Of a DNA stretch of 64,000 nucleotides, positions 26,723 to 39,729 are shown in pieces. Position numbers and translations under genes: made by a program. The DNA comes from Eledone cirrhosa (lineage: Eukaryota), in contig OZ024740.1 in NCBI GenBank assembly GCA_964016885.1, positions 281,728,001-281,792,000 of the forward strand, written 5' to 3'. The notes below the pieces were generated by a model. It worked only from the letters and a program-made list of their open reading frames with translations, ran no database searches and was not told the DNA's origin. Numbering within the stretch: the stretch's first letter is position 1; every line of letters begins with the position of its first letter.

Positions 26723-28677
26723 GAAATATAACAAAGGAATATAATAGACAAAATCCATGGGGCTTAAAATCAGAGACATGAGGGCGGTCGACCATTTAGC
26801 AGCCTCTACTTCGGGTGGTGATTATTAAGCCTACTTATGTCCATCTGGTGAAGGGGCGTAGGCTTATAGTATACTACTACCACACCGTCACAGACAGAGG
26901 CCAGCGGTTAGATCAGGTTACAATCAAGCTTGTCATGAGTGCTAGAAAGTGCCGCGAAAAATATTTTTTCAAAGAACATTATATCTTTAACAAAGCTATA
27001 TATAGTAATATATAGTGGGTGTCTGCATAGTATAATGTATGGACAGAAATTACGATTAACAATTAGAAACGTTAAATTTATGTTTAGAGTTAGAGGATGC
27101 CATTTAAGATGAAATTAGAAAAATAAGGTTTAGGATTAAAGTTGGGAGATTTAGTTAAAGAATTTACAGAAGGAGGCTTTTATGAAAAAGTTTAAGTGTA
27201 TTATAGATAGTCACGATAAAGTTTCATGGTAGAATATAGAGTAAAGATTAAGCGGTCAGACCGGGACCCAACGGCGTGTCAGCCGTTCCGAGTATTATCG
27301 TCTAGCGAAAGAAATGGAAATTTATTTTTCCGAGCACTCCAGGAATGTTAACTGTCTTAAGCGTCGGGTGTGTTAGCGGGAAGTCCGCCACCGTCGGCTG
27401 GCCATCGTAAATACCAAACGATTACTAGTTATTCACACCGGTGGGGGATTTAGTTAAGTGCTAGTAGAAGGCGGCATGATAAAGTTAAATGTTATGATTA
27501 AGCCTAGAATTTAAAGGTACTGTTTGGCGGTCAATAACCGGTGGCGCGGCGGGTTCCAAGCCTGACAGGGCCCCAGGGCGAAGCAGCCGTTCCGAGTATT
27601 GTCGTTTACTGAAAGAAGGGGAAATTTATTTTTCCAAGCACTCTAGGAAGGCTGATTGACCCGAGCGCCTGGCGTGCAGTCGCCACTTCCGTCGGATCAT
27701 CTCGTGTACCAAACGTTATAGCAAAATACTGGTGTGTATGAATGTAACAAAGACGTGGTTTGTTTGTATAATATTTAATAAACAATTTGTGGATATATAT
27801 AGAACAGTATAGTTGACATGTCAAAGAATAGATGAAAGAATGAAGCAAAGTTATTAGTTACCGCTTGGTTGCCAAGTTACACACGCCTGAGCGAAGACTC
27901 CTGGCAAAGGCCAGGAGGCGCCTGACCGAAAAGGCGAATGAGAGATAGAGAACTTAAAGTTGTTAGTTTTATAGGGTTCTGACCGGAAGTTACAGAAAGG
28001 GTTCTACTTCCTGTCTAGAGAGCGTTAATCTATTGGGGTTGTGAGTGTCACAACAAGGGAGGCAACTCCTGCTACACGATTATTAGTTATTCACACCCGT
28101 GATGTTAAGGTGAAAGTGGCAAAATCTGATGAAATGTGCAAATATACTATATTTAGTCTCCAGTTAGTCCGGGTTATATGTAGTGTGATTCTTGGGTGGG
28201 TAGGGGGAGTGAATAAAGATAAACAGATATAAGGGTACAGAGAGTAATATTCTAGGGTCGTAGTTTTATATCGTAGTTTTATATCGCAGGTTTTATATCG
28301 GAGTTATCCCAGTTTCCTGAGTTACCTTCTTCTATAAGAATGCCCAGACAAAGGCTAGGGGTCCTTCACTCCCAGTGGTTTAACTGCGCGATCGGGTGTC
28401 CAGCCCGACTATTTCTATGTCCCCGCGCATATGCATACACATACACACACAACATACATACATACATAAATTTGTGAAATTATAAAACCAGAAGAACATA
28501 CATACATAAATAAAAACATCCGTGTCACAGTATTATTGTGTATATTTTAAAAAATAGTTTTTCAAAGAATCCCTGTTCTTTAAAATCCCATGGTCAATGA
28601 CCTCTACCCATCCCCAAAAATCACCACCTTCCCCAACCACCAGAAAACATATAAATACAACCGTTTTACAAGGACAG

Positions 28678-28733
28678 GTGGCTTTCCTGATGATTTCTTT
28701 TGAATTAAACATTTCTAGTCCTGTAGAAGCCAC
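28678..28733 (+). ncRNA. Decayed HHR of the 12825 family, in tail ~28540-28805
   Basis: GTGGCTTTC-CTGATGA-tTTCttttGAAt-TAAA-...CTG-TA-GAAGCCAC. Confidence 0.6.
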
Positions 28734-28816
28734 TTCTACATTAGACATGATGTTTACACTCTACTAATGTATTGAGTACCTTACTGTGGTTACCACCGAT
28801 GGAACACACACACACA

Positions 28817-28862
<46 letters not shown>

Positions 28863-29489
28863 GTACAGCATAGACGAAGCTCTAGTATACGGCCAAGCTA
28901 GCGTGTATGCTTATTCGGTTTGTAGCTTTAACACTCAGATGAGGTAAGACCCCAGAGTATAACATTATGTTCTGACAGCTTAGTAAATTAGATATAGCAG
29001 TCGGCAGTCCGACCGCATTACCAGAGCAACGAAAATACAGGACCCAGGAAATTTTTTTACCGACCTGGACATAACGCTGAGGCTGAGTATAAAATATATA
29101 ATCCACATGGTGTTTCCACAATATAGATCGCAATATCGCACGCAGCATCAGCGCTAAGTTTCTGCAAATCCATGATCGACAAATTCCTATTGCAGGGGTC
29201 TGCAATATAATGGTTTTTGACGACAGAACATAGGATTTACTTCTTCAGCAAGTCTTTCGTTCTTAGCCAAAGCGGGTATGCTGTGACTTTAAAGGTCGGC
29301 ACAGACACATGGTTTTGTCCAAGGGAGGTAACCCCCGCCTAGGCGGTGTATTCTAATTTGAGATAAAGGAATGAATCCCCTTATTCAAACCGAATAAAGC
29401 ACTCGACTAGAAGTTATCAAACAAACTTAAACAATTAATCAATCAATAGAATCATCTAATAAAATTAATCAGTTAATCGTTAATAGGTA

Positions 29490-29757
29490 AAGAAGACCCC
29501 CTTCGGTCACGAATGGTCATGGGATTCGCACCTAGAAAGTTTCCCTCCGAAGCACAAGTCCGGGCAAGGTTGTTTATGGAAGACCAGTAATCGACCATGC
29601 ATACCAGTCTCCCATCTCCACGCCACCGATGATGTCCTAGGGAAAGGCAAAGGCCGATACAGATTTGCACCAGTGACGTCACAACTCATTTCTTCAGCTG
29701 AGTAAACTGGAGCAACGTGAAATAAAGTGTCTTACTCAAGGACGCAACGCATCACCC
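29490..29757 (-). mobile_element. SINE fragment sharing its central domain with the 12002 SINE but with a different tail
   Basis: GGAGCAACGTGAAATAAAGTGTCTTACTCAAGGAC matches 36810-36844. Confidence 0.65.
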
Positions 29758-30909
29758 TTTAATGTTTCACAATTACATGATGCGTATTCCTATGGTCGGC
29801 TTACGTCAACAGACCATGACGCATGATAATTGCCGAAGTAATCTGATGTAATGAATATTAAAGATTTAATAGAATTAATCAATTCTTAGTTTATATTTTA
29901 CTGTAACCTAGTGGGGGTTACTGTACTAAATCTTTTATCTTCATTACATCTGATGTCATCGGTGATTGTCTTGCGTTATGATCTGATGACGTCATCCGGT
30001 TATAGAAATACGTATTATGTAAAGGAATTTGGTCTTCTTGTATTTAACTCCATTCTTGCACCAACCATGAGGTACCATATATATGATAGATGATACGCAT
30101 AGCGTCGAATGCGTTTGAGTATTGCATCACGACCTGCTGATCGGAATGATGAGATCTACCTATTAGTTAGTTTATTTACAGGTCAGCTCTGATCAAGCAG
30201 AATTATATACAAAGGTGTTCTCTGCATGGCGATACATTTTATTTTTAAACAGTGTGGCATATACTACCTTATGCGTTGTATCATTCCTTTCTTTTTTAAA
30301 CGCTAGGCTGTGGTTTTAGGAAATGTGGATGCTGTTTTCTAGCAGATATTGTGACTGAAGAGAACCTACAACATTGGCTCCTGTTCCCTGCCTTGTGGCT
30401 ATTAGTGCTGTAGATTCTGTCTTCGCTGGTGTATTTTTTTTTATATAATGATTTTGTGATAACTATTCTATTATTACGTTTATCGTCCACAAAAACAAAA
30501 GAACCTACTTTCTTTTGAATAGATTTATACGCCTCATCTCATTACTATTTCTGCTGACAATTGTAAAAGAAAAAAAAGAATCTTATGACAACTAAAATTG
30601 ACATATCTTTTCCCAAAGGGAAAATATTCCAATGAACAGCTTTGCACATAACTATTCAATCCGTTGCAAATGCAGTGGAAATAAACAATTTTCCTAAATT
30701 TCAATAACGTGCCAACAAATAAATACAATAATAATAGGTAAATTTATTAAAAATAAAAAGGACCCGCTGGGTTTAGGTGAGAAATTTCTTTTCCTACATT
30801 TTATTCGTGTGTTTTCAACGAATCTAACGCCCAACTCTGTAGGAAAGTAATAAGCTCAATATACATTCGGCTATTTCCCTGCATTATTTTACCGAACACA
30901 CACACACTA

Positions 30910-30958
<49 letters not shown>

Positions 30959-31376
30959 TGTTTATATATATATATATACATATATATAAGTAAAAATTAG
31001 CGAGAATCGAATTTCAACCCATGAATTAACGAGAAACACTTTCGAGTTGTGAGGCAAGCGCTCTATAATTCAAATGAATTAGAGCTTACAACTTACGTTA
31101 AATGCCAAACACACTGAGATGGTGGTTAAATTAATCATCCACACAGCGAAGATTCGATCTCCTATTTCGGGTCAAACAGATATACAGATATAAAAATATA
31201 TGAAAATATAAATGTTTGAGACTCACCCGGAGCCCTGGAATGATGGTAAAGTCCAGTGTTGGGGTTTCTGCGGCTCCATAAGTCATTTACTGTCCACTTA
31301 CATAAAGGATGTTAAGTTTCTTGTATCCTGACTGAACTAGGAGTACGCGTTGTCAACGAAGAGCTTCTACAGAAAG

Positions 31377-31427
31377 AGCTTCTACAGGACTAGAACTGTT
31401 TCATTCGTGACAAATCATCAGGAAGCT
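31377..31427 (-). ncRNA. Type I HHR at the end of PLE tail copy 31375-32060 (-)
   Basis: Minus strand AGCTTC-CTGATGA-tttgtcacgaat-GAAA-CAG...CTG-TA-GAAGCT. The region is an inverted homolog of ~37900-38460. Confidence 0.8.
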
Positions 31428-31916
31428 AGCTGTCTAAGTAAATGGTACTATTTATGTCTTTCCTTATCTGGTGGTAGGTGACGGTGGGGATTGGGATGGG
31501 TGTAGGAGATTGGTTAAAGGATTTAAAGAAAGGGGATTCCTTAAAAGTTAATTCTTTAAAGCTATAATATTAACAAAGGCAGAAAGAATAGTGTAAACAA
31601 GTTCAAAATTGGAATACCAATCCTTGTTTATCACTTAGACTAACAATGTCTGTAAGACAGGTGTCTACAGGATGGGTGGGGTTCAATGGTTTAAAGAAAA
31701 GGGAAATTCTTTAGAAGCTAATTCTTTAAGGGTGAAAAGGCAGAAAAGGTTCCATCAATAGATTCAAGTGTTGGGGTGAACCGCCTATAGTGAAGTTTCC
31801 TTAATATATATTCCAGGTGTCGACAAACACATAAACACACGCGCCCACTTACACATGTACATACACTTACACGCACGCACACACAGGCAGGCACACACAC
31901 AACAAACATACATAAT

Positions 31917-32019
31917 TGTTTCTACGTTAGGCACAAGGCCAGCAAATACCCAGTGTATTACTGGTACTTCATTTTATCGACCCCGTAAGGATGAAAGGCA
32001 AAGTTAACCTCGGCGGGAT
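31917..32019 (-). mobile_element. 5'-truncated SINE inserted in a PLE tail, TSD TACATAAT
   Basis: TACATAAT at 31909-31916 and 32020-32027. The empty site is visible in the homolog at ~37910-37935. Confidence 0.8.
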
Positions 32020-32094
32020 TACATAATGGTACATACACACATACATACATACAAATACACATATACATATATATGTGTACATACATACGCATAC

Positions 32095-32131
<37 letters not shown>

Positions 32132-32253
32132 CATACATATACACATACATATACACACATATATACACATATACATATATACATATACATATACTTATAC
32201 ACGCACGCACACACACGCTCTCGTGCATACACACGCACACACACATATATACG

Positions 32254-32323
<70 letters not shown>

Positions 32324-32373
32324 ATATATTGAGTTAGGAACTCAAAATAGTAATTTACAATATTTCCGAGCCG

Positions 32374-32509
32374 TATATTATAATTGAATATAAAAGAAAA
32401 ACGAACACAGATATATAGATATATATGTTCAAATCGCTAAGCGAATCTGGTCCCTTGCGATTTGAACAAATATATCTATATATCTGTGTTCGTTTTTCTT
32501 TTATATTCA

Positions 32510-32520
<11 letters not shown>
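32374..32520. repeat. TA-flanked inverted repeat with 64-bp arms
   Basis: 32374-32437 versus 32457-32520. Confidence 0.8.
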
Positions 32521-32540
<20 letters not shown>

Positions 32541-33175
32541 GTAATAATAATAAATTTGAAGACTAAAATCCAAAGAGGGCTCGGTAAGGATAAATATATA
32601 TCAAATATATAAGAACCGTAGAGCAAATATTTATTAAAATAACAGATTAAAGTTTAAGCAAAGAATCGCTGCTTTCACCCTCAACGGGATCTTCTGAAAA
32701 TAAAAAGTCAATCTGTGAACGCAGAAGTAAATATTTCAAAAAACGTTGCAACCGAAGGAAGACAGGAAGACGATACTTTGGTTCGTGGAAGCTTTCCCTG
32801 GCAGAGAAAGGAAAAAAACGAAGATAATACGTCATTATGTGGAGCGGTGAGAACAATTACGCGCAAAGACAAAACCACGTATATGGTATCACTGAAGTCG
32901 TAGACTAAAATTCTATTTAGGAAACCGAATGATTCTCGGCTTCAGAGTTAAGAATAAAGTAAATAAAATACAGAGGTAATTGAAATTAAATATATACTTA
33001 CACGTATCCATATACGTACATACACAAGTATACGCGAAAACACTCGCCATGGGTATGTAAATACAAGCACGTACACAAGAAAACAAACATGCACGCACAT
33101 ACAGAACCCACGTAAATCCTGTACCCGCACACATACAAACTTATACACCAAATACGCATAAAAATATATCTAAAA

Positions 33176-33219
<44 letters not shown>

Positions 33220-33431
33220 ATAATTTAATGAACGTATATAAATATACACACATAAATACCTATATAACGCGCGCACACACATACCTACATGTAAATACAC
33301 ATATGGTCGCGGACGTACGTCAACTAAAACACAAAGTACACATATACACACACCCTACATAAGTACGAACCCGCATAGTCACACAGACGCAAAACACACG
33401 TATACGTGAGTTTTGCGTCTGTGTAAGTATG

Positions 33432-34003
33432 CGGGGCGTGGAAGACGGCCCCAGGAGCGGAAGGCCCTCAACAACCAGGACTGAGATCAATGTTGAGCGT
33501 GTCAGGCAGATAGTGCGTAGCGATGGTCGGCTGACTGTTCGACTGATGGCAAATAAGCTGGGCATGAATCGGGACTGCGTCTTGAAGATTCTCACTGAAG
33601 ATTTGAACATGCGGAAAGTCTGCGCGAAGATTGTGTCAAAACTGCTGAACGATGACCATAAGGGTCGACGCATGCAAATGTGCAAGGACATCCTCGAGCG
33701 TCTTGAAACCGAACCAGACTTAATAGGGATAGTCACCACAGGTGATGAGTCATGGATCTTTGAGTACGACCCGGAGGAGACCCGTTTTGAAGACGTGGAC
33801 GACATCAAAAAGGCCGTGACGACAGAACTGCGGAGGATCCCGGACGAATCCATCCAGGAGTGCATGCAATCGTGGCAGCAAAGGATGGAAAAGTGCATTA
33901 GACTCCAGGGGATTACTTTGAAGGAGAAAACTATTAGTGTGAAATTTGGGTTTGAAATAAATTTTTTGTGACATCAGTCCTGGAACTTTTCTGACCCACC
34001 TCG
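33432..34003 (+). mobile_element. Second, left-truncated copy of the deleted mariner
   Basis: Same GDESWIFEYD..TRFEDVD deletion junction and right TIR ...CACCTCG|TA. Confidence 0.92.
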
Positions 34004-34075
34004 TATATATACATATATACAGCGTGAAATCAAAGACCATATCAATTGTGCTGCAACTCTGTTTTATGTTCTATG

Positions 34076-34121
<46 letters not shown>

Positions 34122-34124
<3 letters not shown>

Positions 34125-34888
34125 GTTAATATAAATTAATATATTTGATAAACACAAATCCCAACATATTCATGTTTGTATTGTAAATAACCAAGTTAGC
34201 TAGATTGAAATATACTAATAATAATATTACAGTTTGCCTATCTTGACTTAAGATAATAAATCAACAAAAACAAATTGTATTGGCAATGGCCGTGGTGCTT
34301 GGACAAATTTAAATTTCAAAATCGAACCTGTTCCGTAGACAGGTTTAAACCTTAAAATCCAAATATGTTTCGAATAATAAAAAAGTGGAAGAAATACCGC
34401 ATTTTGATCTCCTCAGCAAGCACTATAAAAATTGGTATGTTCCACTTCAAAATATTTAGAAAGACTGTTTAGCGCACGAAGTAATTTCACGCGGTTATCC
34501 AGTGTCTAGCTAGTCACATACACGTGCTGCTAGAAATAATAGCCGTTTGTATGGGGCTAAATTCAGCTCAACGAAGGAGCAGTGATAAATCAATAATAAT
34601 GAGTTCAAATCTCAGGCAGTCTTTTACAATGAAATAGCTCAAAGAAAGAGTATTTCTGAGCCGTGTAATACAAGTTGATATAAATTAATATATTTGATAA
34701 ACACAAATCCCAACATATTCATGTTTGTATTGTAAATGACCAAGTTAGCTAGATTGAAATATACTAATAATAATATTACAGTTTGCCTATCTTGACTTAA
34801 GATAATAAATCAACACGGCTCAGAAATACTCTTTCTTTGAGCTATTTCATTGTAAAAGACTGCCTGAGATTTGAACTCATTATTATTG

Positions 34889-34894
<6 letters not shown>
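34122..34894. repeat. TA-flanked module with interlocked direct and inverted repeats
   Basis: Direct: ~34122-34266 / 34671-34815. Inverted: 34585-34666 / 34813-34894. Confidence 0.8.
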
Positions 34895-34943
<49 letters not shown>

Positions 34944-35069
34944 CACACATACATACATACATACATACATACATACATACATACATACATACATACATAC
35001 TCACACATACACATATACACACTACATATATATATATGTATATATATACATATACATATATATACATAC

Positions 35070-35100
<31 letters not shown>

Positions 35101-35354
35101 CACAAATATACATACATATACATATATATATATATACACACATGCACGCACATACATACACCGACACATATACATATATATATATATATGTATATATACA
35201 CATACATATATATACGTACATACATACACCCAAACAAATAAATATATATATATATAGTGGTAGAACACTGGAGGGTAATATCCATAGTGGTAGAGCACTC
35301 AGTCCATGGGACGAGTTAGGTAGAAGTGGTTACACAACAGTTAGTTCACCATAT

Positions 35355-35392
35355 CGAGAATAATTGTTTCACCTTAGCGGATCCTCAGCTCG
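35355..35392 (-). ncRNA. Minimal type I HHR in tail starting at 35257
   Basis: CGAG-CTGAGGA-tCCgctaaGGt-GAAA-CAATTA-TT-CTCG. Confidence 0.7.
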
Positions 35393-35503
35393 TAATGGAC
35401 ATGGTTGTACGGAGCAAGAAGGACAACCGTACGAACGCGGATGCGCAGAAACGATCACTTCACACAGGCAATACTAAATTGCGTGCGGGAGGTGTAATGG
35501 AGG

Positions 35504-35774
35504 TAACTGCGAAAGTCCGAAAGTTTCTAGTTGATAAGAAAATTAGGATGTAATTCAATCTGGAGCTTTGTAGTTATGTAAGAGGTGTTTCCAGACGTGT
35601 GGACAACGAGAGAAGAATTCATTTCTCGTGTTTAGGCAATCAAACATGAGAAATGAATTCTTCTCTTGGTGTCCACACGTCTGGAAACACCTCTTACATA
35701 ACTACAAAGCTCCAGATTGAATTACAACATCCTAATTTTCTTATCAACTAGAAACTTTCGGACTTTCGCAGTTA
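35504..35774. repeat. ~270-bp hairpin; partial second copy 36153-36288 with the same loop
   Basis: Arms pair around the loop AGGCAATC. Confidence 0.85.
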
Positions 35775-36103
35775 TATACTTTCAAACGTTCAAGCGATTG
35801 ACAGGAAGGTATACGGTGCTGATGACAGCTAAGAAGCTAGTAACCAGTTCATCGTTCCTTTGTCAATGTTGAACAAAAGGGCAACGATGGTTGCCGAAGA
35901 CTGTACGGCTTAATTCGAGCTGTCTGTTTACAAACAAACCGAACATTATAATAAATGTTCAGTAAACCCATACGTACATATATATATATATATATGTATG
36001 CATGTATGTATGTATATACATACTACTGTACGTCTGTATACATATATGTATGTACGTATACATACTTATATTTAAGTATCAGCCGAAATTTCATTTTTTC
36101 CAG

Positions 36104-36104
<1 letters not shown>
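35775..36104 (+). repeat. Solitary diverged, partial copy of the HHR tandem-repeat unit
   Basis: Homologous to the 53-64 kb units. ACGGTG-CTGATGA-cAGCTaagaAGCTa-GTAA-CCAG-TT-CATCGT at 35813-35855. Confidence 0.85.
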
Positions 36105-36147
<43 letters not shown>

Positions 36148-36470
36148 ATATATTAGGATGTAATTCAATCTGGAGCTTTGTAGTTATGTAAGAGGTGTTT
36201 CCAGACGTGTGGACAACGAGAGAAGAATTCATTTCTCGTGTTTAGGCAATCAAACACGAGAAATGAATTCTTCTCTTGTTGTCCACACCATATATATTTA
36301 TATATATATACATATACACATACATACATATACATTCATGCATACACATACATACAAACACATACATATACATTCATACACATACATACAAACACATACA
36401 TATATATATACATATATTCATACATATACATATACATATACATATAATACATATATATATGTATATAGAT

Positions 36471-36521
<51 letters not shown>

Positions 36522-36620
36522 CATATAAATATATACACCCATACACATACATACATACACATATACACCCATACACATACAAACATACATATATATATAT
36601 ATATACATACACACATATAT

Positions 36621-36657
<37 letters not shown>

Positions 36658-36710
36658 CACAAACATACACATACATACACATATATATATATATATAAAT
36701 ATATATATAT

Positions 36711-36929
36711 AGGAACGATCGACTTTCGTCAAATCGGACCGAGGGAACAATGTTTCCGTTGGTCTTTCCAATTGCTAATACTATCTATCGGTCGCAACTC
36801 CAGGTAGAAGGAGCAGCGTGAAATAAAGTGTCTTGCTCAAGGACATAACGCATCGCCTGGTCCAGGAATCGAACTCACAACCTTACGATTGCGAATCCAA
36901 TTCTCTAACCACTCAGCCACACGTCTTCA
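36711..36929 (-). mobile_element. tRNA-derived SINE in (TA)n (copy of 12002-12220)
   Basis: A and B boxes on the minus strand, same double-hairpin 3' end. Confidence 0.85.
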
Positions 36930-37289
36930 ATATATATATACACAATATATATATATATATACACATAAACATACACATACATACACATATATGCATATAC
37001 ATATAAACGCACGTACATACAAACATACGCATACATACGTACGGCCACTAAAACAAATACGTGCTTACATACACTCATAAGAACACACATATACGCAGAT
37101 ACACTTATACAGTATAAAGATGAAGTACACTCTACATGCGGAAAGAGCAGATAGGTAAAAAGTACTTACATAACCATAGTGTCGTGTTTCTTGTCGGGAG
37201 GGGGTAGGGTTAGGGTGGGAGGGAGCTGGAAGTGGTATTTTGTCAAGTGGTTTTTTTTTTAAAAAGGAAGTCTTTTTTAGCCACCTGGC

Positions 37290-37795
37290 ATTAACACTGG
37301 CTTAAGGTGTTTGAAAGCTGCAAAGTTTTTGTGCATGCAATTCGGACAGTGTTCAGAGAGTTTGTTCAGTAGCGGGCCCTTGGCAAATATTATTTCGTAG
37401 CTCTCTGACATACAAAGGTCGGAGCACTTGTGTCCTCCCTTGTATGAGCGCGCTTTCTGGAGTATTTTCCATTTAAACGTGAAGGGGTGGAGTTACCTTT
37501 GAGGTCCCAAACATAGGAGGCGAGTGTTGTCTGATTTGATTTGTCCGGTCATCTGAAAGAGTGGATATGGGCATACCACCGGGTCTTAAAATTATTGGAA
37601 GTCATGCCGATGTAAGTCTTTTTGTTGTTGCAATCATCGGTGCCTGAGATGACATCACATTTGTATACGATATCATTTATCAGGCATTTGTTTTCAAGTG
37701 GGCAGGCTTCCTTATTTAGGCAGTTGCACAAGGCCTCAATCCGGGGATTGGGTTCGAAGTTGGTTGGCTTATTTAATTTTTTTAGAATTGAGATT
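37290..37795 (-). pseudogene. Penelope-like GIY-YIG endonuclease fragment
   Basis: CNCLNKEACPLENKCLINDIVYKC..TYIGMTSNNFKTRWYAH, continuing past a stop to WKILQKA..CSDLC. Same type as the 41293 ORF. Confidence 0.9.
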
Positions 37796-38407
37796 CGCAT
37801 ATATATATGTGTATGTGTATGTATGTATGTATTTGTATGTATGTGTGTATGTACCATTATGTATGTTTGTTGTGTGTGTGTATGTATGTATGTATTTGTA
37901 TGTATGTGTGTATGTACCATTATGTATGTTTGTTGTGTGTGTGCCTGCATGTGTGTGCGTGCGTGTAAGTGTATGTACATGTGTAAGTGGGCGCGTGTGT
38001 TTATGTGTTTGTCGACACCTGGAATATATATTAAGGAAACTTCACTATAGGCGGTTCACCCCAACACTTGAATCTATTGATGGAACCTTTTCTGCCTTTT
38101 CACCCTTAAAGAATTAACTTCTAAAGAATTTCCCTTTTCTTTAAACCATTGAACCCCACCCATCCTGTAGACACCTGTCTTACAGACATTGTTACTTTAA
38201 GTGATAAACAAGGATTGGTATTCCAATTTTGAACTTGTTTACACTATTCTTTCTGCCTTTGTTAATATTATAGCTTTAAAGAATTAGCTTTTAATGAATC
38301 CCCTTTCTTTAAATCCTTTAACCAATGACCTACACCCATCCCAATCCCCACCGTCTCATACCACCTTATAAAGAAAGACATAAATAGTACCATTTACTTG
38401 GACAGCC

Positions 38408-38458
38408 AGCTTCCTGATGATTTCTCACGAATGAAACAGTGCTAGTCCTGTAGAAGCT
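38408..38458 (+). ncRNA. Type I HHR in PLE tail (~37800-38541)
   Basis: AGCTTC-CTGATGA-tTTCtcacGAAt-GAAA-CAG tgctagtc CTG-TA-GAAGCT. Confidence 0.85.
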
Positions 38459-39317
38459 CTTCTATATTAAAACTGTTATACTCTGCTATGTATTGAGTAC
38501 CTTACTTACTGTGGTTACCTCCGATTCAACCCGGAATAACTTATATATATATATATAATTCTTAATTTTAGTAAAGCCCGTCTTAACATCAGAATTGAGC
38601 GAACTATCTTTTGCCGGTCTAAATCAGCAACGAAGTTCCTGAACTTTAGACCAACTTAACTCCATTTTCTATTCCTTATTCCTTTTTATACCTTTAGCAC
38701 CTATTACGTTATCAAATTATCACAAACTTCATAATTAAGTAAGAATAACCTAAAACATTTGTATTAACATCATTATTTTTATTTTTATTTGTATTTACAT
38801 CATTTATTACCTTATATATATACACATCTCACCATTTGTATTTGTGTTTCTCCACTTAAACATATTTCATCTCGATCATTTTATCTCATACTAGCTATTT
38901 TACGTAGTAATGTGTATTCGACCGTATGTTTATGTTCTCCCCGCTCTCCTTCATATCCCCATATTCATGATTAATTTCTATCCCCCTCTACCTCCTCACC
39001 CCTCTTAATCTTCCTCTTTTTCTGTCTCATCTTCCTTACTTATCCTTCCTCTTTGCCTATGCTATACCCCTCCCCCCTTCTCTCTTTCCATATATATCTT
39101 TATTATTATTAATATTATATTTATTTTGATGTGATAGTTTTATTTCGTAATTTTGCCTGTTATATATTTAACTATATTTTCGTTCCTTCTTTCGTCATTT
39201 TCTTTCTTTCTCTCTCATTTCCATATGTCCCCCTTCCTTTATTTATTTATTTATCATTAATACTATTATTGAATCTTTAAGTTTGCCGTTACGCATATAT
39301 TTCATATTTCTTAATTT

Positions 39318-39421
39318 GTCTCTGATGAAATGATAAAGTTAGATGTATTGTAAATTGAGTTATACTGTCTCCAGTATTTAGCAATTTATAGACAATTCTA
39401 TCATTGAAACAATTGTAAGAC
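39318..39421 (+). ncRNA. Type I HHR with very long stem II
   Basis: GTCT-CTGATGA-AATGATA...TATCATT-GAAA-CAATTG-TA-AGAC. Confidence 0.8.
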
Positions 39422-39473
39422 TGTAAATAATTATTCTTTTTTGTACTGTCAACCATGTTCTTCACTTTATATA

Positions 39474-39569
<96 letters not shown>

Positions 39570-39620
39570 AAGAATGAAGAGTAACATGGTTGGCTGTACA
39601 ACAAGGGGCTTTATTTCAGG

Positions 39621-39729
39621 TATTAACAATTGTTTCATTGGTCAGGTGAGTGTAGAGGCCGCTAATCGCTCGAAGTTGCGTCACTCGATCTCCATTACAT
39701 TATTCACCCCTGACCAAATCTTCAGAATA
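39621..39729 (-). ncRNA. Type I HHR with very long stem II
   Basis: TATT-CTGAAGA-tTTGGTCAGG...CCTGACCAAt-GAAA-CAATTG-TT-AATA. Confidence 0.78.

Noticed and set aside
31150-31232. Minus-strand HHR-like motif (CGGGTGA..TCAAACA/TGTTTGA..GAAA)
   Set aside because: Core, stem I and stem III are too degenerate to call.
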